The notes under the pieces: model-generated
What the model saw: only the letters and a program-made list of their open reading frames with translations
What the model was told of the DNA's origin: nothing
The model's database searches: none
Assembly (NCBI GenBank): GCA_963708295.1
Contig: CAVPSJ010000007.1
Location: 128,001-192,000, forward strand
Direction of reading: 5' to 3'
Length of the DNA: 64,000 nucleotides
From: an uncultured delta proteobacterium
Lineage (GTDB): Bacteria; Desulfobacterota; BSN033; UBA1163
Part shown: one piece after another, positions 8,891 through 19,004 of the stretch
Layout: each line of letters starts with the position of its first letter
How positions within the stretch are numbered: the stretch's first letter is position 1
Position numbers and translations under genes: made by a program

Positions 8891-9634
8891 TTACTCCTTT
8901 TTCGCTGAAGACCCGCAATGATCACAATTCGGGTTTTTGTCGAGTCTGAATTCGCTGAACGTCACCTTCAACCCATCGTATATCAATAACCGATTGGTCA
9001 GCAGTTTACCAATCCCCACGAAATACTTGATCACCTCCGTCGCCTGAATACTCCCGATGACAGCCGGAGCAACGCCAATCACCGGAAACTTTTCTTGCGG
9101 CACAAGACCTCGATACATACACCTGAGGCAGGCTGTCTTTCCCGGAAGGACGGTCATGACCCTCCCCTCAAACCCATTGACTGCGCCGTGAAAAAATGGA
9201 ATATTCTTCTCAATAGCACAGCGATTCAAGACGTAGCGAGTCGGCAGGTTGTCCATGGCATCCACGATGGCATCGCAGTCACCCACAAGTTCTGAGACAT
9301 TTCCTTCCGTAATGGTCTCTGCGATTGCCTGGATCTCCACCATCGAATTCAGGTTCCTCAATTTCGCTCTGGCAGAGTCCACCTTTTTTCTGCCGACGTC
9401 TTCTTCCCCGTGCAAAACCTGCCTGTTCAAATTGCTGAGTGCCACGCGGTCATGGTCGACGACCCGAATCATTCCTATTCCGGCAGCGGTCAGGTAGAGG
9501 GCAATGGGAGACCCGAGCCCTCCAGCACCCGCAATGACCACCCGTGATCTTTTGAGTTTCCCTTGCCCTTCTTGTCCAAACTCTCGGATCAAGATTTGCC
9601 GATCATACCTCTCTCGCTCGCTCGGCGTCAGCAT
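8891..9634 (-). CDS. moeB: MoeB/ThiF-family adenylyltransferase
   Basis: RYDRQ, GAGGLGS, SNLNRQ, DAMDN and Zn-site CLRC...CDHC. Confidence 0.88.
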   Translation of the reverse strand: MLTPSERERYDRQILIREFGQEGQGKLKRSRVVIAGAGGLGSPIALYLTAAGIGMIRVVDHDRVALSNLNRQVLHGEEDVGRKKVDSARAKLRNLNSMVEIQAIAETITEGNVSELVGDCDAIVDAMDNLPTRYVLNRCAIEKNIPFFHGAVNGFEGRVMTVLPGKTACLRCMYRGLVPQEKFPVIGVAPAVIGSIQATEVIKYFVGIGKLLTNRLLIYDGLKVTFSEFRLDKNPNCDHCGSSAKKE

Positions 9635-9883
9635 TGCATTCCTCCATCTTTAAACTTCCGCTCGCTCATGGCTATCCTTCGGCATCCTCCAAGTTCGGGA
9701 TCACGCCCTGCTGCCGGGGAGGTTAATTCCCGAACAAAACCAAATGATAAAATCAAAGGTTCATCGGGGAAACCATGGCGTTGAGGTAGTTTGATATGAG
9801 GTCCTCAATATTGTTTTGGATTTCGAATTCCGTATTTAGAATTTATGCCAACGCCGGTTTTAAATCAACAGGCGGATAAGCGC

Positions 9884-11068
9884 TCACTTTAATTTCAGCA
9901 GGGTGTGGGCCACTACCATCCTCTGGACTTGATTCGTTCCTTCGAAAATCTGGATGACCTTTGCATCTCTCATCATCCTCTCAACAGGATGGTTTTTGGT
10001 GAGACCTTGCCATTGCAAGATCTGAACGGCCTGGGTCGTCACTTTCATGGCCACATCGGAGGCAAAGTACTTAGACATGGCGGAGAACATCTGCACCGGG
10101 ATACCCTTCGTCTTTTCATCCATCATATTCGCAGATTTATACACCAGCGCTCGAGCCGCCTCAATCTCCATAGCCATATCCGCGAGCATCAATTGGATCC
10201 CCAGATGATCTTGCTTGCCGTGAATCCAGCCTTTTCCCTGAACATATCGGACGACATAGTCTAAAGCGCCTTGAGCTAAACCCACGGCCTGCGCGCCAAT
10301 GGCGGGTCTTGATCGATTGAGCGTCCTCATCATCTGCCACCAACCCACCCCCTCATCTCCGATCCTTTGGACAGCAGGAACCTTCACATCTTCCAGAATG
10401 ACTTCTGTAGTATTGGAGCCTCGAATGCCCATCTTCTCTTCAGTTTTCCCAATCGTGAGGCCAGGGGTTCCCTTTTCCACCACAAAACCTGTTATCCCTT
10501 CAATTCTCTTACCTGGCTGGGTAGTGGCAAAGACCGTATAGAAATCGGCTACTCCACCGTTCGTAATGAAGCATTTCCGCCCGTTGATGACGTAATGGTC
10601 TCCATTCAACACGGCTTTGGTCCGAACGGAAGCCGCGTCTGAACCTGACTCCGGTTCAGTCAAACAAAAACAAATCAGGCCTTTCTCCCGGGCTAATCTC
10701 GGCAGAACCCTTTGCTTCAGTTCATTCGTCCCCCCTAAGACAACAGGCATCGTTCCGACCGCTTGAACGATGACCAGGAGGGCAGAAGAGGCGCAGATAC
10801 CTGCAATCTCTTCGGCGACCAGGCAAAACGAAGTAATGTCTGTGTCCATCCCTCCGTACTCTTTTGGGATGAGGAGACTCAAAAACCCGCACTTAGCGTA
10901 CACCTCGGCAAGGTCCGATGCAAATTCACCCTTGGAATCGATCTCGGCCGCCCGTGGTGCGACAACCGTCTTCGCAATTTCTCTCGCTTTCTCTCTCCAC
11001 CCCTCTCTCACCTTCTCGGTTTCGTCTATCATTTCAAACTCCTTTGAAGCCCAAATGTCAAAACCCAA
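9884..11068 (-). CDS. Acyl-CoA dehydrogenase with atypical FAD-contact motifs
   Basis: CLTEPESGSD, NGRKCFITNG, EEKMGIRGS and RDAKVIQIFEGTNQ. Confidence 0.9.
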   Translation of the reverse strand: MGFDIWASKEFEMIDETEKVREGWREKAREIAKTVVAPRAAEIDSKGEFASDLAEVYAKCGFLSLLIPKEYGGMDTDITSFCLVAEEIAGICASSALLVIVQAVGTMPVVLGGTNELKQRVLPRLAREKGLICFCLTEPESGSDAASVRTKAVLNGDHYVINGRKCFITNGGVADFYTVFATTQPGKRIEGITGFVVEKGTPGLTIGKTEEKMGIRGSNTTEVILEDVKVPAVQRIGDEGVGWWQMMRTLNRSRPAIGAQAVGLAQGALDYVVRYVQGKGWIHGKQDHLGIQLMLADMAMEIEAARALVYKSANMMDEKTKGIPVQMFSAMSKYFASDVAMKVTTQAVQILQWQGLTKNHPVERMMRDAKVIQIFEGTNQVQRMVVAHTLLKLK

Positions 11069-11170
11069 CAGCCCTCCTTAACAAAAAAGACTTATGCGTC
11101 AAAAAGCATTTTAGTCCGATGAATTATATTTGACCTTCGGGCTTTGGCATTTAACATTGATTTTAATGTC

Positions 11171-11911
11171 TTACGTATTCCACCCGCCAGACACCTCGAC
11201 CATGGCTCCGGTTACAAAACTTGCTTCATCCGACACGAGAAAGCTCGCCACATTGGCCACTTCTTCGGGTCGACCGATGCGTCTCAACGGTGTATCCTCG
11301 ATAATCATCTTTTGATATTTTTCAGCCATCTTCGAAATAGTGGGGGTCAGGATCAGGCCCGGTAAAATCACATTAACATTGATCTGATACCGACCCAGCT
11401 CTCTGGCCACACTTTTCGTCAGGCCGATGATCCCTGCCTTGGCAGTACTATAACTGACCTCTGATACCGCTCCAGTTTTTCCCCACACCGAGGACATATT
11501 GACGATCTTTCCGTAACCGTTCTCGATCATATGGGGAGCAACCGCCTGGATGCAGTTCAAGGTCCCCTTCAAGTGAACTCCCAGCACTGCCTCCCAATCT
11601 TCCTCTTTCATTTTCAAGAGATGAGCGGGTCGGTCAAAGCCGGCATTGTTTACCAGAATATCAACTCTTTTCCAAACCCTTATTACCTGATCCACCATGA
11701 CCTGGACTTGTTTTTGATTCGCTACGTCCACAGAAATGGAAAGAGCCTTTCTTCCCAGAATCTCGATTTCTTTGGCCGTTTGAGCTCCAGTGCTAGGGTT
11801 CATCTCCGCAATGGCCACATCTGCGCCTTCTTGAGCCATCTTCAACGCAATGCTTCGACCAATCCCCTGTCCTGCCCCGGTAACAATCGCCTTCTTGTCT
11901 TTCAGTTTCAT
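11171..11911 (-). CDS. SDR oxidoreductase (FabG-like)
   Basis: TGAGQGIG, VNNAG and YSTAKAG (YxxxK). Confidence 0.9.
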   Translation of the reverse strand: MKLKDKKAIVTGAGQGIGRSIALKMAQEGADVAIAEMNPSTGAQTAKEIEILGRKALSISVDVANQKQVQVMVDQVIRVWKRVDILVNNAGFDRPAHLLKMKEEDWEAVLGVHLKGTLNCIQAVAPHMIENGYGKIVNMSSVWGKTGAVSEVSYSTAKAGIIGLTKSVARELGRYQINVNVILPGLILTPTISKMAEKYQKMIIEDTPLRRIGRPEEVANVASFLVSDEASFVTGAMVEVSGGWNT

Positions 11912-12048
11912 TTTCTCAGCATGGGCGGCGAAAATATTTCCAAGAGGTCCGAAATTGCAGAAATTCTAACAGATGGACCCATGGCCGTCAATGAATTTGT
12001 TCGTTTCTGTCACCCACCCCTCATCGACGGGAAAAAGAAAGAATTTCC

Positions 12049-12076
12049 TTGACAAAAGGATATTTCACAGTATGAT
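12049..12076 (+). promoter_or_regulatory. Putative sigma70 promoter of the IclR gene
   Basis: TTGACA-N16-TATGAT ending 24 nt upstream of the ATG. Confidence 0.55.
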
Positions 12077-12100
12077 AGATCATTCCATTGAATAAAATCT

Positions 12101-12907
12101 ATGGACAGATCCAAGAAGGAACCTTTCTATAATCGGTCATTAGAAAGAGCTTTGCAGATCCTGTGCATTTTTAAATTTGACAAGCAGGCGCTCACATTAA
12201 GTCAAATATCAGAATTGTCTCGACTTCATAAGGCCACTGTTTTGAGGCTATGTTCCACACTGATGAAGTATGACTTCCTCAGATACCATCCGGATTCAAG
12301 ACATTATTCTCTCGGTCTAAAACTATTTGAATTAGGGAGCATTCTATTTTCCTCTTTCTCCTTGAGGAGGATCGCCTCTTCCTACTTAGACCAATTGCAG
12401 TCCAAACTTGGTCAAACAGTATTCTTAGGGATCTTAGAGAATGATGAGTTAATCTACATCGATAAGAAAGAAGACCCAAGAATCCCTATCCGGTTCACCT
12501 CTCAAATAGGAACACGGCGCCCGCCTTACTTTGGAATGCTGGGACAAATCCTTATGGCCTTTCTGCCCGATCAAGAAGTCGATCGATTATTAAAAAAGGC
12601 ACCTCTGGCCCCGTTTACAAAAAAATCGCTTGTGCGCGAAAATGAATTTAAGGAGAGACTTCTCAGAATACGCAAACAAGGATTTTTCGTTGATGAAGAG
12701 GAGGCGCTGGATGGAATCAGCGGAATATCTGCGCCGATCCGGGACTACACCGGGGAGGTCATCGCCGGAGTGGGTCTCGGCTTCATCTCATCGTCCGAGG
12801 ACGCTAGGGGGAAAAAAATAATTATCAAAGAAGTATGCGAAGCAGCGAAGGGGATATCAAAACAGATGGGTTACCTTGAGAGGAAAAGATTCGCGGATAA
12901 TTCTTAA
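12101..12907 (+). CDS. IclR-family transcriptional regulator
   Basis: SLERALQIL...LHKATVLRL HTH; IGTRRP; C-terminal ISAPIRD. Confidence 0.92.
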   Translation: MDRSKKEPFYNRSLERALQILCIFKFDKQALTLSQISELSRLHKATVLRLCSTLMKYDFLRYHPDSRHYSLGLKLFELGSILFSSFSLRRIASSYLDQLQSKLGQTVFLGILENDELIYIDKKEDPRIPIRFTSQIGTRRPPYFGMLGQILMAFLPDQEVDRLLKKAPLAPFTKKSLVRENEFKERLLRIRKQGFFVDEEEALDGISGISAPIRDYTGEVIAGVGLGFISSSEDARGKKIIIKEVCEAAKGISKQMGYLERKRFADNS

Positions 12908-12991
12908 AGACCGACGAAACGGGTTGAGCATCCCATCCCTCTCTATCTCCAAGGATCACAGGTCGAAGGCGTTTGTCACGCAGGGGGCCGC

Positions 12992-13771
12992 ATGAGTTCA
13001 GAAGAAGTCATCCTGAGAAAAGAAGGAAGGGTGGTTTATCTTTTCATCAACCGGGAGAAGGCGCTCAATGCGTTGAACCTCAGGGTGATGACGAGGCTCG
13101 ACCAGATATTTTCTGAACTGGAGTCCGATGAGCAGACTCTCGTCATCATTATCACCGGAGTGGGCTTAAAAGCCTTTGTGGCTGGGGCGGATATCCATGA
13201 GGTAAAAGAAGCGGGCGACAAGAGAACGGAACTCATCCGAAAAGGCCAGGAGATCTTTTTCAAGATTCGAAATTCGAGCAAGGTGGTCATTGCCGCAGTC
13301 AATGGATATGCTCTGGGAGGCGGATGTGAATTGGCAATGGCGTGCGATATTCGAATCGCCTCGGAAAATGCGAAATTGGGTTTTCCTGAAACAACACTGG
13401 GACTCATCCCAGGGTACGGAGGAACCCAGCTCCTTCCGAGGCTCATTGGGATGGGATGGGCAAAATACATGATCTTTACCGGAGAAACCCTCACTGCGAT
13501 GGAAGCTTACCGACTCGGGCTCGTCGAGAAGGTCTGCAGCTTTGAAAGCTTAATGGACGAAGTCAATCGGTTAGCGAAGAAAATTGCCTCCAATGGCCCT
13601 TTGGCCGTGAAAGCCTGCAAAAGGGCCATTCACAAGGGGATGGAACTCCCCCTCAAGCAGGGTCTTGGAATAGAGATAGAAGAATATGATCGGGTTTCCC
13701 GCTCCAAGGATGCCGAAGAGGGGTTGACTTCTTTCATGGAGAGAAAACCACCCGTCTTCACGGGAAGATGA
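12992..13771 (+). CDS. Enoyl-CoA hydratase (crotonase family)
   Basis: AFVAGADI, ALGGGCELAMACD and GFPETTLGLIPG, with both catalytic Glu present. Confidence 0.92.
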   Translation: MSSEEVILRKEGRVVYLFINREKALNALNLRVMTRLDQIFSELESDEQTLVIIITGVGLKAFVAGADIHEVKEAGDKRTELIRKGQEIFFKIRNSSKVVIAAVNGYALGGGCELAMACDIRIASENAKLGFPETTLGLIPGYGGTQLLPRLIGMGWAKYMIFTGETLTAMEAYRLGLVEKVCSFESLMDEVNRLAKKIASNGPLAVKACKRAIHKGMELPLKQGLGIEIEEYDRVSRSKDAEEGLTSFMERKPPVFTGR

Positions 13772-13792
13772 CGCAAGCAAGGAGGACATTGC

Positions 13793-14974
13793 GTGAAGTA
13801 TGACAAATTGTTTTCACCCCTCGAGATAAGGGGAGTAACCTTTCGCAACAGGATCCAACGGACATCGATGGTTTCAGGACTTTCGACCGAGGACGGCTGG
13901 GTGACAGACGAACTGAAAAAAAGATACCAGCGGGAGGCAAGAGGGGGAGCCGGATCGATTGTGGTGGAAGCCGCCGTCATCATCCCTTCAAAGAGTTCCT
14001 ACAATCTCAGGATCAGCGACGATGGCTTCGTCCCGGGATTAACCGAGCTGGTCAAGGTCATCCGGGAGGCGAATCGGGAAGTCAAAATCGGCCTTCAGAT
14101 TATGCAGTTTTTGAAGATTTCCAGGACGGGATGGAGGCAAAAGGTTGAAGATTTCAAGACGGAAGACCTGCCCAGTATCGTCAAAGACCATGCCGCAGCA
14201 GCCAAACGCGCTCTTTTGGCCGGGTTCGATTTCATTGAGATTCACATGGCCCATGCTTATGTCCTTTCCTCATTTCTGTCCCGGGCAAATAAAAGAACGG
14301 ACGGCTATGGAGGCAGACTCGATCACAGGATGAAATTACCGATCGAGGTGTATCAGGCCGTCAGAAACCTTGCGGGCGAGACCTTCCCTGTGGGAATCAG
14401 AATCAACGGAGAGGACTTCGTTGTAGACGGGAATACCCTTGCTCAAAGCGCAGTCATCGCCAGGAAATTTGCTCAACTCGGAGCAGATTACATCAGCGTC
14501 TCAGCGGGCAGCCGATTTGAAGATGCATCCCCCCCGCCTGAAGGAAGCCCTCTCGACCCGATGTCTGGCTATAGCGGTCATCGAATGAGCCCCTGGTGGT
14601 GGTGGCCGGACGGAACCCATGTTTATTTAGCAGAGGGAATCAGGAAAGCCATCCGGGAGGAAGGATTGGAGACCCCTGTGATCATCGCCGGAAAGATCAG
14701 AGACCCGAAACATGCTGAAGAAATAGTCGAGCAGGGAAAAGCGGATATGATTGGATTATGCCGTGCTCTTCTGGCCGATCCGGATTGGCCAGTGAAAGCT
14801 CAAGAGGGGAGAGAAAAGGAGATTGTCAGGTGTGTGGCCTGTAATTGGTGTCTCGAAGCGGACTCGAGATATGAACAGGTCAAGTGTTCTCGGTATCCGG
14901 AAGGCCACCTGCATGCACCCGAACCTTTCTCGCCCAAGATGGCCCGACCCGGTATCTTGAAGGAAGAATCCTAA
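13793..14974 (+). CDS. NADH:flavin oxidoreductase (old yellow enzyme family) with C-terminal Cys cluster
   Basis: LFSPLEI...FRNRI, GFDFIEIHMAHAY, NKRTDGYGG, RALLADPDWP and CVACNWC...C. Confidence 0.88.
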   Translation: MKYDKLFSPLEIRGVTFRNRIQRTSMVSGLSTEDGWVTDELKKRYQREARGGAGSIVVEAAVIIPSKSSYNLRISDDGFVPGLTELVKVIREANREVKIGLQIMQFLKISRTGWRQKVEDFKTEDLPSIVKDHAAAAKRALLAGFDFIEIHMAHAYVLSSFLSRANKRTDGYGGRLDHRMKLPIEVYQAVRNLAGETFPVGIRINGEDFVVDGNTLAQSAVIARKFAQLGADYISVSAGSRFEDASPPPEGSPLDPMSGYSGHRMSPWWWWPDGTHVYLAEGIRKAIREEGLETPVIIAGKIRDPKHAEEIVEQGKADMIGLCRALLADPDWPVKAQEGREKEIVRCVACNWCLEADSRYEQVKCSRYPEGHLHAPEPFSPKMARPGILKEES

Positions 14975-14988
14975 GGAGCTTAAGCATC

Positions 14989-16623
14989 ATGATTGATTTC
15001 CCAAAACATAAGGCAAGGGATGTCCGCCGATATACCAGGAATAGATGGTGGCTTGGCCTTACCTTGGGGGATATCCTCGACCGAACAGCCGACGTATTTC
15101 CAAATAAAGAAGCCCTGGTCGATGACCGGGTCCGGCTCACCTATTCCGAACTCCGTCATCGGGTGGACCAGGCAGCCTTGGGATTGATGAACCTTGGGAT
15201 CAAAAAAGGAGACACCGTCCTATTGCAGCTTCCCAATTGGGCTGAGTATGTTTACTCTTATTTTGCCCTTCAGAAAATTGGGTCCATTCCTATCGTCTTA
15301 ATTTCTGGGTACAGGCAGCTCGAGGTAGGCCATCTGGCACTCCTCGCCGAGGCAACGGCTTGGATTGTCCCCGACCGGTATCGAAAGATTGATTATCTCT
15401 CATTTATCGGAGAGGTGAGGCAGAAGAACCCTCAGCTTCGGCAGGTCATCTCCGTGCGTGCGGAAGAAGGACAGGAAGGGTTTACGGCAAGCCTCGAAGA
15501 CCTCATGGAAAGAAGAGCGACCCCGGCAGACCGCCATGAAATGCTCCGGAGAAAACCCAGGGCAACGGATGTGGCCCATATCATCCCTTCAGGAGGTACG
15601 ACAGGTCTGCCGAAAGGAATCCCCAGGACCCACAATGATTACATCTGCAACGTGGAATACCTGCATAAGGCATGGGAAATGAATATCAGGGACGTAAGTC
15701 TTATCGTCGTCCCCGTTGGTCACAACCTTGCTTTGCTCAACGTAGCGGGAGCGGTCTTCATGGGTTACAAGCAGGTGTTATTGGACTCCACGAAGCCCCA
15801 GGATATTTGTAGCACGATCGAGCGCGAGAAGGTTACTTACATGCCGACGGTTCCGAGCGTCGTTCGGAGAATCCTCGAGTCTGAACGACTCCACGACTAC
15901 GACTTAAGTTCATTGAAAAAGATATCGGCCGGAGGAGAACCCAGTGCCCCTGATCTGATCCGGGAAGTGGTTGAGCAATTGAACTGCACTTACATCAATG
16001 AGTTCGGGATGAGTGAGGGATTGCTTTGCCGGACGAGTCTCACCGATAGCATTGAAACGATCTGCAATACCGTCGGGAGGCCATGTTGCCCCTACGAACA
16101 GATCAAAATCCTCGACAGCGTAGGGAAACTTCTCCCTCCCGATCAGGACGGAGAGCTGGTCGCGAAGGGTCCGGGGATATTCGCCGGGTACTTGAAAAAT
16201 CCCGAAGAGAACGAAAAAAGTTTTCTGTGGAGAGGTTTTTTCCGGACAGGGGACCAAGCAAGAATCGATCGCTCACGGAACCTGAAGATTACGGGTAGGA
16301 CGAAGGATATCATTATTCGAGGAGGTGAAAACATCAGCCCTGCTCTCGTGGAGGAGCTTCTCTGCTCGCATCCGGGTATTGCCGATGCAGCCGTCATTGG
16401 GATGCCGGATAGGGAATTGGGGGAGAAGGTATGCGCTTATGTCAGGCTTGTCGAAAGGGTAAAAATAGACCCTGAAGAGATCAAATCGTTTATGGAGAGT
16501 CGGGGAGCTTCAACACTGTTGATCCCTGAACGATTTGAATTTGTGGCTACGTTACCATTGACCGAAGCCGGAAAACACGATAAAAAGGCCTTACGGGAAG
16601 ATATGAAACAAAAGATTGGATAA
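14989..16623 (+). CDS. Aryl/acyl-CoA ligase (AMP-binding, EntE/DhbE-like branch)
   Basis: SGGTTGLPKGIPRTHNDY, FGMSEG, FRTGD, GRTKDIIIRGGENI and TEAGKHDK. RBS AAGGAG before ATG 14989. Confidence 0.88.
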   Translation: MIDFPKHKARDVRRYTRNRWWLGLTLGDILDRTADVFPNKEALVDDRVRLTYSELRHRVDQAALGLMNLGIKKGDTVLLQLPNWAEYVYSYFALQKIGSIPIVLISGYRQLEVGHLALLAEATAWIVPDRYRKIDYLSFIGEVRQKNPQLRQVISVRAEEGQEGFTASLEDLMERRATPADRHEMLRRKPRATDVAHIIPSGGTTGLPKGIPRTHNDYICNVEYLHKAWEMNIRDVSLIVVPVGHNLALLNVAGAVFMGYKQVLLDSTKPQDICSTIEREKVTYMPTVPSVVRRILESERLHDYDLSSLKKISAGGEPSAPDLIREVVEQLNCTYINEFGMSEGLLCRTSLTDSIETICNTVGRPCCPYEQIKILDSVGKLLPPDQDGELVAKGPGIFAGYLKNPEENEKSFLWRGFFRTGDQARIDRSRNLKITGRTKDIIIRGGENISPALVEELLCSHPGIADAAVIGMPDRELGEKVCAYVRLVERVKIDPEEIKSFMESRGASTLLIPERFEFVATLPLTEAGKHDKKALREDMKQKIG

Positions 16624-16663
16624 AGAGCACCATCGTGCCAAACGTCTCACAGGGAGGAAATGC

Positions 16664-17518
16664 ATGGAAATTAAGGCATTGGGAGTATTGGGGTGCGGTC
16701 AAATGGGATCAGGGATTGTGCAAGTGTTTGCCCAATCAGGGTATGAGGTCGTAGCCGTCGACTCAGATGAAAAGATGCTCGAAAAGGGGCTGAAAGGAAT
16801 TGACAAGAGGCTGACGAGTCGTGTAGAAAAGGGGAAATTATCACCTTCTGAAAAGGGCACGATCCTGGCCAGAATTCAAAGAAGCACTCGACCAGAGAAT
16901 CTGAAGGATTGTGATCTGGTGGAAGAAGCGGTTCCTGAGGACTTAGCGTTAAAAAAGAAGATATTTGCCCAGCTGGATGAGATTTGCAAGAAAGAGACGA
17001 TCTTCGGCACCAATACTTCCGGCCTTTCAGTCACCGACATGGCTGCAGCGACAAAAAGGCCGGATAAACTCCTAGGAATGCATTTTCATAACCCTGCCCC
17101 TGTGATGCAGCTCTTGGAATTGGTCAGAACCATTATGACGAGCGAGGAGACGATCGACTCTGTGAAACGCTGGGGAGCGACTCTCGGGAAGACAGTCGTC
17201 GTTGCTCCAGATGTGGGGGGGTTTATTGTCACCCGGCTCTTTACTCCTTTCCTCCTGGGAGCAGTCAGGATGCTCGAAGCCGGGATCGCTTCGAGAGATG
17301 AAATTGATCTCTCGATGAAGTTGGCCGTTAATCATCCTATGGGGCCTTTAGAAGTGGTTGACTTCATCGGGTTGGATACAGAGTTATCTATCGCCGAAAC
17401 CCTGTATGAGGAAACGAAAGATCCGAAGTATGCCCCTCCCCTTCTGCTGAAGAAGATGGTGACGGCGGGGTGGCTTGGGAGGAAAACCGGCAAAGGATTT
17501 TATGAATACAAGATATGA
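16664..17518 (+). CDS. 3-hydroxyacyl-CoA dehydrogenase (3-hydroxybutyryl-CoA dehydrogenase family)
   Basis: GCGQMGSGI, EAVPE, TNTS, GMHFHNP, HPMGP and GRKTGKGFY. RBS GGAGG before ATG 16664. Confidence 0.92.
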   Translation: MEIKALGVLGCGQMGSGIVQVFAQSGYEVVAVDSDEKMLEKGLKGIDKRLTSRVEKGKLSPSEKGTILARIQRSTRPENLKDCDLVEEAVPEDLALKKKIFAQLDEICKKETIFGTNTSGLSVTDMAAATKRPDKLLGMHFHNPAPVMQLLELVRTIMTSEETIDSVKRWGATLGKTVVVAPDVGGFIVTRLFTPFLLGAVRMLEAGIASRDEIDLSMKLAVNHPMGPLEVVDFIGLDTELSIAETLYEETKDPKYAPPLLLKKMVTAGWLGRKTGKGFYEYKI

Positions 17519-17524
17519 ATCGAT

Positions 17525-18295
17525 GTGAGGTGTCGCTTGTTTTCGACCAATCAGGATTCTACTGCCCCCTTCTTAAGGGTTGAAAAAGTCTCTAAATCAT
17601 TTGGCGGATTGATGGTCATTCAGCAACTTTCCTTCTCCCTCCAAAAGGATGAGATCTTAGGGGTGATCGGCCCGAACGGATCCGGGAAAACGACCCTGTA
17701 TAACCTTATCACGGGCTTTCTAAGAACGGACGAGGGCAGAATCGAATATTTTGGAAAAAATATTGCAAACCAGAGACCCTCCACGATCTGTAAGTCCGGG
17801 ATTACAAGGACTTTCCAATTGGTCAAACCTTTTGTCGGATTAACCTCTTTAGAGAACGTCATGGCGGGCCGAGCCTACGGAAGGGAGCCTGCAACGGACA
17901 TCAAGCAGGCGAAAAAAGAAGCAATCGAATTACTTGATTTGACAAATTTGAGCAAGAGACAAGAGGTGGTCGCCTCAAAACTCAGTTTGATCGATCGCAA
18001 GAGACTTGAAATTGCCAGGGCTTTAGCCACCCGACCTAAATTACTATTGCTCGATGAGGTCTTTTCGGGATTAAACCCTTCCGAAACAGAGGAAGCGCTT
18101 CGTTTGATTATGAAGATCAAGGGACTTGGAATCACTCTGATGATCGTAGAACATATTCTCAAGGTGATCCTGGGGGTTTCTCATCGGATCATTGTCCTCA
18201 GTTCAGGCACCAAAATATTCGATGGCCTTCCACAGGAGGCGATTAACGATCAGAAGGTGATTGGGGCTTATTTGGGGGAAGATTTTCATGCTTGA
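17525..18295 (+). CDS. Branched-chain amino acid-type ABC transporter ATPase (LivG-like)
   Basis: Walker A GPNGSGKT, RTFQ, LLLLDE and VEH. Confidence 0.9.
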   Translation: MRCRLFSTNQDSTAPFLRVEKVSKSFGGLMVIQQLSFSLQKDEILGVIGPNGSGKTTLYNLITGFLRTDEGRIEYFGKNIANQRPSTICKSGITRTFQLVKPFVGLTSLENVMAGRAYGREPATDIKQAKKEAIELLDLTNLSKRQEVVASKLSLIDRKRLEIARALATRPKLLLLDEVFSGLNPSETEEALRLIMKIKGLGITLMIVEHILKVILGVSHRIIVLSSGTKIFDGLPQEAINDQKVIGAYLGEDFHA

Positions 18296-18998
18296 AGTAC
18301 ATCAGGTGGACGTTCATTATGGAGACATTCAGGCCTTATGGAATGTCTCGTTTCGAGTGGAAAACGGGGAGATCGTATCCTTAATCGGATCGAATGGATC
18401 TGGGAAAACGACCGTTCTAAAAACGATCTCAGGAATTTTAAGCCTCACCAAGGGAAGCGTGACCATTGATGGGGTCCGATCCGATACCATCAAGGCCTAT
18501 CAAATCGTCGAACAGGGTGTGTCTTTGGTGCCTGAGGGAAGAAGGTTATTTCGGGATATGACCGTGCTTGAGAATCTGGAACTGGGTGGCTATATCGAGA
18601 GGACACGACCACAAAAAGATAAAAACGTGAAATGGATTTTTCAAATGTTCCCTGTCCTCGATCAACGCGTCCATCAATTAGCAGGAACTCTCAGTGGCGG
18701 CGAGCAACAGATGCTGGCCATTGCAAGGGGTCTGATGTCAGAACCCAAATTGCTCCTGGTCGACGAGCTCTCTCTCGGTTTGGCCCCACTCATCGTAAAA
18801 CATATCTATATGACTCTAAAAGAAATTAACCGTTCAAAGAAAATGACTATTTTGGTTGTGGAGCAGAATGTACGGCTGGCCTTAGAAATATCGGATAGAG
18901 GATACATCATTGAAAATGGCCGGATTACGGGTGAAGGGAAAGGGAGTGAACTCCTGAAGAGCGACAAGGTCAGAAGTGCTTATCTCGCAATGGGGTAG
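18288..18998 (+). CDS. Branched-chain amino acid-type ABC transporter ATPase (LivF-like)
   Basis: GSNGSGKT, VPEGRRLF, LSGGEQQM and VEQN. Confidence 0.9.
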   Translation: MLEVHQVDVHYGDIQALWNVSFRVENGEIVSLIGSNGSGKTTVLKTISGILSLTKGSVTIDGVRSDTIKAYQIVEQGVSLVPEGRRLFRDMTVLENLELGGYIERTRPQKDKNVKWIFQMFPVLDQRVHQLAGTLSGGEQQMLAIARGLMSEPKLLLVDELSLGLAPLIVKHIYMTLKEINRSKKMTILVVEQNVRLALEISDRGYIIENGRITGEGKGSELLKSDKVRSAYLAMG

Positions 18999-19004
18999 AA
19001 ATTC

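Noticed and set aside
7965-9634. Microproteins plus ThiF enzyme as a microcin C-like RiPP cluster
   Set aside because: The ThiF protein looks like a plain MoeB with no leader-binding extension, has its own GG-ending MoaD partner, and is convergent across a terminator.
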